NCBI RefSeq assembly: GCF_963921235.1
Contig: NC_086109.1
Coordinates: 16,680,001 to 16,744,000, forward strand
Direction: 5' to 3'
DNA length: 64,000 nucleotides
Source of the DNA: Mobula hypostoma
Lineage: Eukaryota
Positions 38,379-50,229 of the stretch are shown in pieces (within the stretch, counting starts at the first letter, position 1; every line of letters begins with the position of its first letter). The notes under the pieces are model-generated. The model did no database searches. It was given only the letters and a program-made list of their open reading frames with translations, and was not told the origin of the DNA. A program made the position numbers and the translations under genes.

Positions 38379-39284
38379 TATAAATAATTAAATAAGTAGC
38401 ACAAAAATAACAAAAACAGTGAGGTAATATTTGGGTTTATTGACCATTCAGAACTCTGATGGCAGAGGGGAAGAAGCTGTTTATTGAATGTTGAGTGTGG
38501 GTCTTCTGGCTCTTGTGCCACCTCCCTGCTGGTGGCGATGAGAATCCATAACCTTATGGACAGTGTTATGGCTATGAACCACAGTGGCTCGGAATAAGAA
38601 TCAGAAGCTGTGATCCTGTGAGATCATAATACAACCAAGATATTTTGAGTTGGAGACAATGTGGAATTAGCTGTTTTCCCTGGAGAAAGGAGATCGACAA
38701 CAACATGTTTATGTAAAGCATCTAACTGAAATGACACTGACATGGAATCACAGAGTCACAGAGTTGTGCTGCTGAGAAGCAAGTCCTTCATATCTATGCT
38801 GATCACTATACTTACAGAACATGGAAAACAGAGCAGTAGGGCAGAATACAGGCCACTTAACCTACTCCAATGTCAATCTAGCCCTTCTATCCTATATAGC
38901 TCACCATTTTGTCTTCATCAATTTGCCTATCTAGGTGTCTCTTAAATGTCCCTAACATATCTGTCTCTACCTATGGCATTGTGTTCCATGTGTAAAAAAA
39001 ACTACCTCTCACATACCCACTACACTTTTCTCAAATCACCTTACAATTATGCCTCTTGTATTAGCTGTTTCTAGTCGTCCACATTATCTTTTCCACTTAC
39101 CATCTTTTACACCTCTATCAAATCATCTCTTATTCTCCTTCTCTCCAGACAGGACAGCTCTAGCTCACTCAACCTCCCCTCAGAAGATGTTCTCTAATCC
39201 AGGCAGCATCCTGGATAATCTCCTCTGCACCCTCTCCAAAGCGCCCATATCCTTGTATGTGGCAACCAGAACTAATACAATACT

Positions 39285-40265
39285 TCTAGGAAGAGGTGTA
39301 GTCGACGTTTCAGGCCAAGACCCTTTGTCAGGACTAACTGAAGGAAGAGTGAGTAAGGGATTTGGAAGTTGGAAGGGGAGAGGGAGATCCAAAATGATAG
39401 GAGAAGACAGGAGGGGGAGGGATGGAGCCAAGAGCTGGACAGGTGATTGGCAAAAGGGATACGAGAGGATCATGGGACAGGAGCTCCGGGAAGAAAGACA
39501 AGGAGGGGGGACCCATAGGATGGGCAAGGGGTATATTCAGATATACTGCATCTGATGCTCCTGATGTGGCCTTTTATATATTGGCGAGACCCGACGCAGA
39601 CTGGGAGACCGCTTTGCTGAACACCTACGCTCTGTCCGCCAGAGAAAGCAGGATCTCCCAGTGGCCACACATTTTAATTCCACATCCCATTCCCATTCTG
39701 ACATGTCTATCCACGGCCTCCTCTACAATAAAGATGAAGCCACACTCAGGTTAGAGGAACAACACCTTATATTCCGTCTGGGTAGCTTCCAACCTGATGG
39801 CATGAACATCGACTTCTCTAACTTCCGCTAATGCCCCACCGCCCCACCTCCCCCTCGTACCCCATCTGTTACTTATTTTTATACATTCTTTCTCTCACTC
39901 TCCTTTTTCTCCCTCTGTCCCTCTGAATATACCCCTTGCCCATCCTCTGGGTACCCCCCCCCTTGTCTTTCTTCCCGGACCTCCTGTCCCATGATCCTCT
40001 CGTATCCCTTTTGCCTATCACCTGTCCAGCTCTTGGCTCCATCCCTCCCCCTCCTGTCTTCTCCTATCATTTTGGATCTCCCCCTCCCCCTCCAACTTTC
40101 AAATCCCTTACTCACTCTTCCTTCAGTTGGTCCTGACGAAGGGTCTCGGCCTGAAACATCGACTGCACCTCTTCCTAGAGATGCTGCCTGGCCTGCTGCA
40201 TTCACCAGCAACTTTGATGTGTGTTGCTTGAATTTCCAGCATCTGCAGAATTCCTGTTGTTTGTG
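39285..40265. mobile_element. Penelope-like element with inverted pLTR (tail-out), 13-bp TSD
   Basis: Arm 39285-39540 is the reverse complement of 39923-40179; GIY-YIG C-half between; TSD CTAATACAATACT at 39272-39284 and 40266-40278. Confidence 0.93.
40129..40164 (+). ncRNA. Minimal type I hammerhead motif (stem III palindrome mutated)
   Basis: GGTC-CTGACGA-AGGGTCTCGGCCT-GAAA-CATC-GACT. Confidence 0.65.
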
Positions 40266-40869
40266 CTAATACAATACTCTTCGTCTAGTCTAACAGGAAC
40301 TTTATAGAGCTGCAACATTACCTCACAGCTCTTGAACTCTTCCTCTCGACTAATGAAGGCCAACACACCATACACATTCTGAACCACCTTATCAGGTTGC
40401 ACTGTAACTTTGAGAGTTCTATGGACATGAAACACAAGGTCCCTCTATGCTATGGCCACATTTGGTGCGCAGTCTTCTATTCTTTGGTGATTGAAGCGTC
40501 AGTCTACATGCCTATTAAGTGCCATTGGCTCCACTTCTTCTATGCCAATAATGTTGCTCTCTCCATGTACATGCCAATTGGTGTGTGAGAGCTGTAGCTC
40601 TGATCCAAGTGTTCCAAAATCAGATAACAACTGCAACATTCACTTACAGTGTTGGAGATTCTGGGTCAAACTTCATTCACATTTCATAGTTTTGGTCAGC
40701 TAAACAAGAGCATGACACACATATACAAATAGCAGAGTGCTGTGGAACAGAGAGATCTTGCATTACAAGCACAAACACCAGGAAATCTGCAAATGCTAGA
40801 AATTCAAGCAACACGCACAAAATGCTGGTGGAACGCAGCAGGCCAGGCAGCATCTATAGGAAGAGGTAC

Positions 40870-40905
40870 AGTCGACATTTCGGGCCGAGACCCTTCGTCA
40901 GGACT
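40870..40905 (-). ncRNA. Minimal type I hammerhead motif
   Basis: Minus AGTC-CTGACGA-AGGGTCTCGGCCC-GAAA-TGTC-GACT. Confidence 0.7.
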
Positions 40906-41696
40906 AACTGAAAGAAGAGATAGTAAGAGATTTGAAAGTGGGAGGGGCAAGGCAAGATCTGAAATGATAGGAGAAGACAGGAGGGGGAGGGATGGAGCCA
41001 AGAGCTGGAAAGTTGATTGGCAAAAGGGATACCAGGCTGGAGAAGGGAGAGGATCATGGGATGGGAGGCCTAGGGAGAAAGAAAGGGGGAGGGGAGCATC
41101 AGAGGAAGACATAGGAAGAGGGACAGAGGGAGAAAAAAGAGAGAGAAAGAAAGGGTAAACTTAGCTCTGAACACCTACGCTCTGTCCGCCAGAGAAAACC
41201 GGATCTCCCAGTTGCTACACATTTTAATTCCACGTCCCATTCCTATTCTGATATGTCCATCCATGGCCTCCTCTACTGTCAAGATGAAGCCACACTCAGG
41301 TTGGAGGAACAACACCTTATATTCAGTCTGGGTGGCCTCCAATCTGATGGCATGAACATTGACTTCTCTAACTTCCGTTAATGCCCCTCCTCCCCTTCTT
41401 ACCCCACCCCTTATTTATTTATTTATTTATTATTTATTTCCCCCCCCCTTTCTTTCTCTCTCTTTTTTCTCCCTCTGTCCCTCTCCCTACATCTTCTTCT
41501 GATGCTCCCCTCCCCCTTTCTTTCTCCCTTGGCCTCCCATCCCATGATCCTCTCCCTTCTCCAGCCTTGTATCCCTTTTGCCAATCAACTTCCCAGCTCT
41601 TAGCTCCATCCCTCCCCCTCCTGTCTTCTCCTATCATTTCAGATCTCTCCCTCCCCCCTCCCACTTTCAAATGTCTTACTATCTCTCCTTTCAGTT

Positions 41697-41732
41697 AGTC
41701 CTGACGAAGGGTCTTGGCCTGAAACGTCGACT
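41697..41732 (+). ncRNA. Minimal type I hammerhead motif, core intact
   Basis: AGTC-CTGACGA-AGGGTCTTGGCCT-GAAA-CGTC-GACT: stem I AGTC/GACT, stem II AGG/CCT, palindromic ACGT stem III, GUC cleavage triplet at 41726-41728. Confidence 0.8.
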
Positions 41733-43052
41733 GTACCTCGGCCTATAGATGTTGCCTGGCCTGCTGTGTTCCACCAGCATTTTGTGTGTGTTGCTTGCAT
41801 TATAAGCAGGTAGTTCCCCGAAGATGGTGGCATGGGTAGACAAGGTGATGAAGAAAGTATGTGGCTTGCGTGCCTTCATCGATATGGCATTCAGTACAAG
41901 AATTAGGACATCATGTTACAGCTGGACAAGGCATTAGAGAGAGTGCACTTGAAGTACCATGTGCCATTCAAATCACCCAGCTTTAGGAATGATATCATTA
42001 AGGTGCGGACAAGATGAAGGGTCTTGGCCCGCAATGTCGCCTGTGTATTCCCCTCCATTGATGCTGCCTAACTTGCTGAGTTCCACCATCATTTTTTGTA
42101 TGTTTCCCAAGATTTCCAGCATCTGCAGAAAACCTTGTACTTGAGACTAAGAAGGTGTCACTGGGATTGGAGAGCTTGCGTTATAAGGAGAGACTGGATA
42201 GGTTGGGACTGTTTCCACTGGAGCATTGATGGATGAAAAGTGACCTTACAGAGGTTTATAAAATCATGAGGGGTACAGAGAAAAAAAATCCAGGCTAGGG
42301 AAGACTAAAACTAGAGGGAATAGATTTAATATAAGAGGACCTTTAGGGAAGCTTTTCACACAGAGGGTAATGAGATGCCAGAGATAGTGGTGAAGGCTGG
42401 TACAGTTACAGTATTTAAGATACTTAGACAGTTACATGGATGGAAAGGTTTAGAGGGATGTTATACAGTCAAGTTGGACTACCTCAGGAAGGTAACTTGG
42501 ATGAGCTGGGCCAAAGGGTCTGATTTGGTGGTATATAATTCTATAACTGAATGGTAATATCTCACAGGACACCAGGCCACAGGCTGAGAATGCAGTGGGA
42601 TACTTGGTAAGAGATATAGATTTTAAATAACATTTCAAAGGGTGGTAGAGGGAGGTAAACAGAAGACAGCCCAGCAGATGGACACACAGCCACCAATGAG
42701 GATGGTCAAGAGGCCAGTACTGAGACAGAGTTACAGACTGAGAAAGCCAGCAGGAATAAGAAAATAATGTTGAGACATAATGTTGATTAACAGTCAATGT
42801 GGGACCATTCCTCAGAGGTGAAACCATAGATGTCTCCACAGCTTTGAAAGATATTGCTTTTGATGGGTGTTGTCATTTTTGGGTAAAGCGTGGTGAGATA
42901 ACAAAACATATTTCAATTTTTTCCCTTACCTTGACCACCTTCATTGCCACCTTACCAATAACAGTGTCTCAAACAGTGAGTAGGAAATCTAAATTTAAAA
43001 AGGTATTTATAAAAGATTCAATACCAAGGATATTTAAACATAGGTCACATAC

Positions 43053-43061
43053 CAGCTTCAG
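43053..43061 (-). other. Candidate 9-nt microexon
   Basis: Minus ttcatcttttctctag CTGAAGCTG gtatgtga. Confidence 0.3.
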
Positions 43062-43284
43062 CTAGAGAAAAGATGAATTGAGTTTTAATTTAAATTTGTG
43101 CTTCTTCTTTAAGGCCTTCTGTTCCAACTTTTTATGTAATTGGGGCAAAAGCATGTGTGAGTATAGACCTACAGGTACATGGGTGTGACAAAGGAGGCAA
43201 GGTGTGTGTGAGAGTGAGGGACAGAGAGATTGAAGTGGGAGGAATTTGTAAAGGAGACAGGTTGTACAGGAAAAATTATGCAAG

Positions 43285-43313
43285 AGAGAAACACAGAGTG
43301 GTTTGAATATAGT

Positions 43314-43350
<37 letters not shown>

Positions 43351-43470
43351 AACACAGAGTATGTTTGAATATAGCTCTGTGTGTGAGAGAGAGAGAGAGA
43401 AACAGAGTGTGTTTGAATATAGCTCTGTGTGTGAGAGAGAGAGAGAGAAACAGAGTGTGTTTGAATATGT
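43285..43470. repeat. Minisatellite, ~48-bp unit with embedded (TG)n(GA)n, ~4 copies
   Basis: Unit aacagagtgtgtttgaatatagctctgtgtgtgagagagagagagaga. Confidence 0.88.
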
Positions 43471-44350
43471 GAAAGAGAGAAAAGGAAGAGGTAAGTAGAC
43501 GGTTGAGAGAAGGTGAGGAAGAAAAGATGAAAAGATGAAAGAACAGGAGACAGGGAATGTGAAGAAGGATGTCATGGACTGAAGGAAGAAATATGAGAGA
43601 GACAAGAGGAGTGTTAAAGAGGCAAAGGGAATGTAAGGGAAAGAGTGTGAACAAGTACATTAGACAGTCCACAAGTGAGACAATAAATGGAAGAGAAAAA
43701 GATGCATGAAAGAGAATGGGAAAGAGAGTATGTGAGTGTGTAAGAGAAGTATGTGAGATTGATGAGAGAGGGATTGAGAAAAGTGAGAATGCAAGAAATG
43801 TAGTAGGTTCTGAGCTGGTCACTGGAGCATAGAGTCCTGTTACTCATTAATCCACCTAGCCATCAAGTAAATTTGGCTTCTATCTGTATCTGTCAGTCTC
43901 CGACCAAGCAACAGGCATGGTTCAAATGATGCAAAAAGATCCATGGCACTCTTAACAGCACCAACCATAACATTCCCTGTAGCCCTGTAGCAGCTAAGAA
44001 GCATACTTCAGAAAAAGGAAAAGAGAGAGAGAGAGAGAGAAGAGCATATAGAAGTGTATGAGGAAGGAAGAAAAGGGAAAGTGGGTGAGAAAGAGAAAAT
44101 GATAAGAAGAGAAGTGTGGGATGGAGAGGGAGTAAAAAAGAACTAGAAATGTGAGCGAGGTAGAAAGAGTGAGGAAAAGAGAGGAAGAGAGAGAAAAAGA
44201 TATTCAAGAGAGGGGGTGAAATAGAAAGAGAAGTTTGTGGGAAAGAACGAAAGAAAGAGAGAGCAAGGAGTGTATGAAAGAAAGAGGAAGAGAAAAAGAG
44301 AGGTGGGCATGAAAGAATGTGAGAAAGTGATGGGGAAAGAGAGAGGGAGA
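43470..44350. repeat. GA-rich low-complexity tracts (interrupted about 43800-44010)
   Basis: Seen directly. Confidence 0.85.
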
Positions 44351-44964
44351 GGATAACTGTGATATAAATACTGCCGGTGTATGAATCATGCATGAAGAGC
44401 TCCCCTCAGTGGTCCTCAGGCTGAGCAAATGGAAGGCTCCCAGGAGCTGCTACGTTTACTGGAATAGGAGGAGCTCATCCTAGTGCAGTTGCTGCAGTGC
44501 CCAGTGAAACACATGCAGAGGGCTCTGAATAACATTTAAGGAAAGGGGGGAATCAAAAATACTCCTGACAGACTGTTACTCTGCTTCAAGGACGTGCAAG
44601 GGCTGCTGGAGTTCTTTGATGCTCAAGGTAGGGTCATCTTCTTCAATCAGTGTGTGCTCCTAATGATCAGATCTGATTTTCTTTTGAATGCACATCCAAG
44701 GCAGCATTGTATCAGTGTCACTCATCCGCTGCTGAGACGAGCTGCAATGTCTTGTAGTACTGAGCAGAGACCGCAAGCATAGAAATGAAGCGTCTGTTGC
44801 CAGCATTTGTTGTACTGAAAGGCCACTGATCATTTCTGCCTATAATTCTGGATGGTTCGCCTGCAATGTGCAGCTGGGGAAAGAGGCTGGGTCACTTTCC
44901 ATCGTGTCAGCATTCGTACAGCATCCTCTAAGGCACCCGTTTCACCATATGGTACAGCCTTTCT

Positions 44965-46062
44965 GATCTCCCTCCCTCATTCTCGCTCTCTCTCTTCTCT
45001 CTCTCTTTTCTCTCTCTCTCTCCCTCTCTTCGCTCTGTCTTTCTCTATCTCTCTCTCTCTCCCTCGTTCCCTTACTTACTCCCTCACTTTCCCTCGCTCT
45101 CCTGCTCACTTTCTCTCTCTTTATCTCCCTCTCTCATCTTTGCAGTTGCACATCTTTTCACAGTCCTTCTTTGCTGTTTGTTTATCTTTCTTTCTCATTA
45201 TTCCATTTTCCGTCTCTTTTTCTCCCACTCTCATTCTGTCCCCCTCATTCTCTCTTCTTTTTCTCTTTTTCTTCCTTCCTCTTGTCCATTCTTTCTTTTT
45301 ATCTCTCATTCTTTCCTCCTCCCTGTATCATTAATTCTTTTACACTTTCTCCTCCTTTCTACTTGTCTTTTCTTTAGCTCTCTCTCATCTCCCGGTGAAC
45401 CCGCTTTCCCTCTCCTCCCCTCTCCCTTCCTTTCTTTCTTTTACTCCCCGTTTCACTCTATACTTGTGTTCTTTCCCCATCCATCTCTCTTTGTGTTTAT
45501 CTTTATCATTCCCTTTCTCTTTTATTCCTTGCCATTTCCTTCCTATTCCTTTTCTCTCTTACTTTTTCACACACTCTCTTCCTTCTGCGTTCCTTCACTG
45601 CTCTTCCCTCACTTTGTTTCTTTTTCTCATCCTCCTTTATTTCTCTTTTTTCCTCATTCTCACACTCCATATATATTCCCTCACAATTCTATCTCCTTCA
45701 TTCTCTTTCACATTCACTCTCTCTTTTCATCTCTCACTTTTCCTCTTCCTCTGTGATTCTTTTTGTGCACAATCTCCTTTTTCCTACTTTTTTCTCAGTC
45801 CTTTAACACTCCCTCTCTCTTTCCTTCTCCTCCTATCATTCTACCTCATTCTTTCACTCTTCCTGATTTTTTTCTGCCCTCATTCTTAGCCTCCATCCAT
45901 CTCCCCATCTACTTGTTTTACATCTCCCTTCCTCCTTCTATCCCTCTTCAGTTCTTCCCTTTCCCTCTGACCCTATCTCTCCTTCTATCTTCCTCTCCCT
46001 GTCTATTTCTACCCTACTTTCTCCTCATTCTTTCCTTTCTTTCTCTCCATTCCTCAGCCTTT
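44965..46062. repeat. ~1.1-kb CT-rich low-complexity tract
   Basis: Seen directly; source of the spurious F/L/S/P-rich ORFs. Confidence 0.92.
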
Positions 46063-47039
46063 TCAACCGCAGGGTGTAGTGTTCACCAAACAGCGTGAAT
46101 GTAAAATGTACAGTGACAACATCATTATCTGCGAGCCTCTAGAAAGATTAATGTTGGTTTGCAATCCTGTGATGTAACAGCAGCAGAATGTTGGCTGTTT
46201 TGCTTTTGGTTTGAACTCTGAGACGATTTGGAATCTAGGAAGAGTGAACGTAGTAACGATAGAATGCAATGTGTGTTTTCATTGTCAGTAATTAACAGAG
46301 CATGGCAGACTGACCATACTCAAAGTGAGTGCCTTCCTGAATGTCCCCTTCCATAAAAATATGAAAAAGCTCCAGATTCTTTCATGGCACCCACTTCCTC
46401 ATAAAAAAATAAAAACAGGCACTTTTAGTGTTCTGCTAAGGTCTGCTAAAGTAGCCAGAATCTTTTTTCCCCAGTGTCTTTACATAGAGAGTGGTAGATA
46501 CCTGTAACATGCTGCCAGGCGTGGTAGTGGAAGCTGATATGACAGTGGCGTTTATGAATATGCAGGGAACGAGGGATTGGATCATGAGCAGGCAGAAAGG
46601 ATTAACTCAATTTGACATCAGGCTCAGCAGAAAAAGAGCCTGTCCATCTTTGTTGCTTAAACTGACCCGGTTTTCACAGAGTAACAAAGTAACAGCAAAG
46701 TGTTTGGCTCTTCCACAGTATCTGGTGTTATTGATTATCCAAGCCTCATCCTAGCTAAACCCACCAACTTTCAATAATGTGTATCCGCAGCTCTCCCAAC
46801 CCATAAACCTAATATCATTCTTTCCACTGTCATGACTAAATGGAACATTACAGTGTGGTGTGGGGTGGGGGGCCATAACTGTTGATTTATCCCATCCTCC
46901 CATGGTATTTGTAAACAAGGGATTACCAAAGTCAAATAGAGTGTTTACACTGGAGGAAGAGAGAGTTAAGAGGAGTTGTACTGAGGAATTGAGCTCAAAG
47001 AGGGCCATGGATAGTAAGCTAGACCTCAAGTTTTTATAT

Positions 47040-48332
47040 ACCAGTGAGTCTTAAATCAGTGGTGGGAAAACTATTGGAGAGGATTCTTAGGGACAGGATT
47101 TCTGAGCATTTGGAGAAGCGTGGTTTGATTCGGGATAGTGAGCCTGGCTTTGTGAGAAGCAGCTCATGCCTCGTGAGCCCAATTGACTTTTCAAAGAAGT
47201 AGGAAGAAAAACAAACTGATGAAGGTACAGCAGTTGCTGTGGCCCATATGGCTTTTAGTAAAGCGTTCGACAAGGTTCCACATCGCGAGTTGGTTTAGAA
47301 AGTCAGGAGGAGTGGGATCCATGGAAATTTGACTGTGTGGATTTGGAAATGGCTTGTCCCCAGAAGGTAGAGGGTGGCAGTAGATGGAGGTATTCTGTCT
47401 GGAGTTCAGTGACTACTGGTGTTCTACGGAGATCTGTTTTGGGACCCCTGCTCTTTGTGTTTTTATAAATGACTTTGATGAGAAAGTGGAAGGGTGGGTT
47501 AGTCAATTTTTAAAATGCCATGAAGGTCATAGTGTTGTGGGTAGTGTGGAAGGTTGCCCTAGGTTCATGGCAAGATGCAGAGCTGGGTTGAGAAGTGACA
47601 GATAGAGTTCAATCCAGAAAAGTGTGAAGTGATTCACTTTGGAAGCTCAAACATGAAGGTTAATGGCAGTGTGGAGGAACAGAGAGATCGTGGGGTCCAA
47701 GCCCATGGATTCTTCAAAGTTGTCATGCAAGTTGATAGGATGGTTAAGAAGGTGTATAGTGTGTTGGCCTTCATTAATCAGACGTTTGAGTTCAAGAGCT
47801 GCGATGTAATGTTGCAGCCCTATAAAACTCTAGCCAGAACTCAGTTCTGTTCACCTCATTATAGGAAGGATGTGAAAACTTTAAAGAGGGCACAGAGGAT
47901 ATTTATCAAGATGCTGCCTGGAGTAGAGAACATGTTTTATGAAGAAAGATTGAGCAAGCCGGGCATTTTCTCTTTGGAGTGAAGAAGGTGGAAAGGTGTC
48001 CTGATATAGGTGTATAAGATGATAAGAGGCATAATAGGATGGACAGCAAATGCCTTTTTCCCGGGATACTTTTAAGGTGATTGGAGGAAAGTATGGGGGG
48101 ATGCAGAGATAGGCCATTTTTTCACAGAGAGTGGTGAGTGAATGAAACACATTGCCAGAGGTGGTGTTGGTAGAGGCTGATACAGCAGGGATATTTAAAA
48201 GACTCTTAGATAGGCAAATGGATGAAAGAAAACTGGAGGACTATTTGGGAGAGAAGGATTTGATTGATCTGGAGTAGGCTTATTGGTCGTCACAACATCA
48301 TGAGCTGAAAGGCCTGTAATGTTCTATGTTCT
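47040..48332 (+). mobile_element. Older CR1 LINE RT region to 3' end, many frameshifts
   Basis: gtggtgggaaaactattggag (VVGKLLE), tttagtaaagcgttcgacaaggttcca (FSKAFDKVP), IHFGSSN, (GTTCTAT) tail. Confidence 0.88.
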
Positions 48333-48365
48333 AGAACTCTGTGAACTGTGAACTCTGTGAACTCG

Positions 48366-49057
48366 AATCTGGGTGGCAGTGTTAGCTGTGAGGAGGATGC
48401 TAAGAGGATGCGGGGTGACTTGGATAGGTTGGGTGAGTACAGGAGCAGGGAGGTACTACTACAGTTGTACAAGGCCTTGGTGAGACCACACCTGGAGTAT
48501 TGTGTGCAGTTTTGGTCCCCTAATCTGAGGAAAGACATCCTTGCCTTAGAGGGAGTACAAAGAAGGTTCACCAGATTGATTCCTGGGATGGCAGGACTTT
48601 CATATGAAGAAAGACTGGATGAACTGGGCTTGTACTCGTTGGAATTTAGAAGATTGAAGGGGGATCTGATTGAAACGTATAAAATCCTAAAGGGATTGGA
48701 CAGGCTAGATGCAGGAAGATTGTTCCCGATGTTGGGGAAGTCCAGAACGAGGGGTCACGGTTTGAGGATAAAGGGGAAGCCTTTTAGGACCGAGATTAGG
48801 AAAAACTTCTTCACACAGAGAGTGGTGAATCTGTGGAATTCTCTGCCACAGGAAACAGTTGAGGCCAGTTCATTGGCTGTGTTTAAGAGGGAGTTAGATA
48901 TGGCCCTTGTGGCTACGGGGGTCGGGGGTATGAAGGGAAGGCTGGGGCGGGGTTCTGAGTTGGATGATCAGCCATGATCATAATAAATGGCAGTGCAGGC
49001 TCGAAGGGCCAAATGGCCTACTCCTGCACCTATTTTCTATGTTTCTATGTTTCTATA
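48366..49057 (+). mobile_element. Young CR1 3' fragment with 231-bp in-frame internal deletion
   Basis: [32 protein letters not shown] compared with the 20791-22870 copy. Confidence 0.93.
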
Positions 49058-49564
49058 GTGAAAAGCCAATTATCATTCACAGAGCTAAAAAGGGATGCCA
49101 AGTAGTGATGTTGGAGAGTTTTGAAACATATGATGAATAACAGAGAATTACATTGATTTCAAAATGGGGTTTGACAGTGAGTCAAATACCTAGGATTGGG
49201 GAGAGTGCTATTAATGGTAAAGAAGAGGCAATTAAAAACTTGAAACTGATTGCACAACAGGAAAGCAAAAATGAGAAATAAAGAAAGAACTTTCCCTTAA
49301 TAAAAATATCACAAAAGTGCAAGAGCTGGAAATCTAAAACAGAAAATACTAGAAATACTCTGATTCAGATTCAAATTTATTTATCACATGTATATCGATG
49401 CATACAATGAAATATGTAATTTGAATTAATAACCGACACACCTAAGGACGTGATGGGGGAGGCCCGCAAACGTCGCCACACGTATCGGTCAGGCTAGTCA
49501 GGCCTTATCGATGGAAAGAAAGAACAGAGTTAACATTTCACCTCAGAGTCCAAGTGTTGCTGGA

Positions 49565-49935
49565 ACTGCTCACCCAGTCTCAGGACACCCAAAAGCACTC
49601 TGAAAGCTAAAGAAAGACTCTTGCAATCATGCCACAGTTGGAATGCAGCAGTTAACTTGCAGGGAACAAAATCCCACATGCAATAATAATCCATCTTAAT
49701 GATGTTCACTGGGCAATAAATGTTATTCAGAAAGGAATTCACTATTCAACTTGGATAGTGTTCTAGGATTACCTATCTTCCTGATAATGCGGATGGGCTA
49801 GTCATGGTATACAATAAGTCTCATTTGAAAGACAGCATCCCTCATAGTACAGCACATTTTCAGTACTACATTGAAACATTACCTGGATGTCGTACTCTCT
49901 TCACATCTGCGGGACCTGAATCCAAAACCATGTTG
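49565..49935 (-). mobile_element. Ancient Deu-domain-type SINE relic
   Basis: gtctcatttgaaagacagcatccctcatagtacagcacattttcagtac resembles remembered DeuSINE reverse complement; related relics near 19030, 43930, 51270, 59060. Confidence 0.55.
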
Positions 49936-50229
49936 CTCAAAAGGGGGATCTCATTAAAAGCTATGGCATATTGAAAGTTCTAAATAGAGTGGACTTGGAG
50001 AGGGTATTTCCAATAGTGGAAGAGTGTAGGACCACAGGTCCTCAGAATAGAAGGACGTCCCTTTAGAGCAGAGATAAGGAGGAATTTATTTAGCCAGAGG
50101 GCGGTGAATCTTTCAAATGGCGGAGGAGGCCAAATCATTGTGCACTGTGTATTTAAAGTGGAGGCTTCTTGATTCAAGTGACAGGTTCTTGATTGGTCAG
50201 GTGTCAAAGGTTATGAGGAGGAGACAGGT

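Larger units (their letters stand above)
40772..41797. mobile_element. Second Penelope-like element with inverted pLTR, ~11-15-bp TSD
   Basis: Arm 40805-41155 is the reverse complement of about 41443-41797; GIY-YIG tail at 41168-41380; CTTGCATTACAAGCA (40757-40771) / CTTGCATTATAAGCA (41794-41808). Confidence 0.92.

Noticed and set aside
43169..46098. Long ORFs of 160-217 aa rich in F/L/S/P that look like membrane proteins
   Set aside because: They arise from CT/GA low-complexity tracts that lack stop codons
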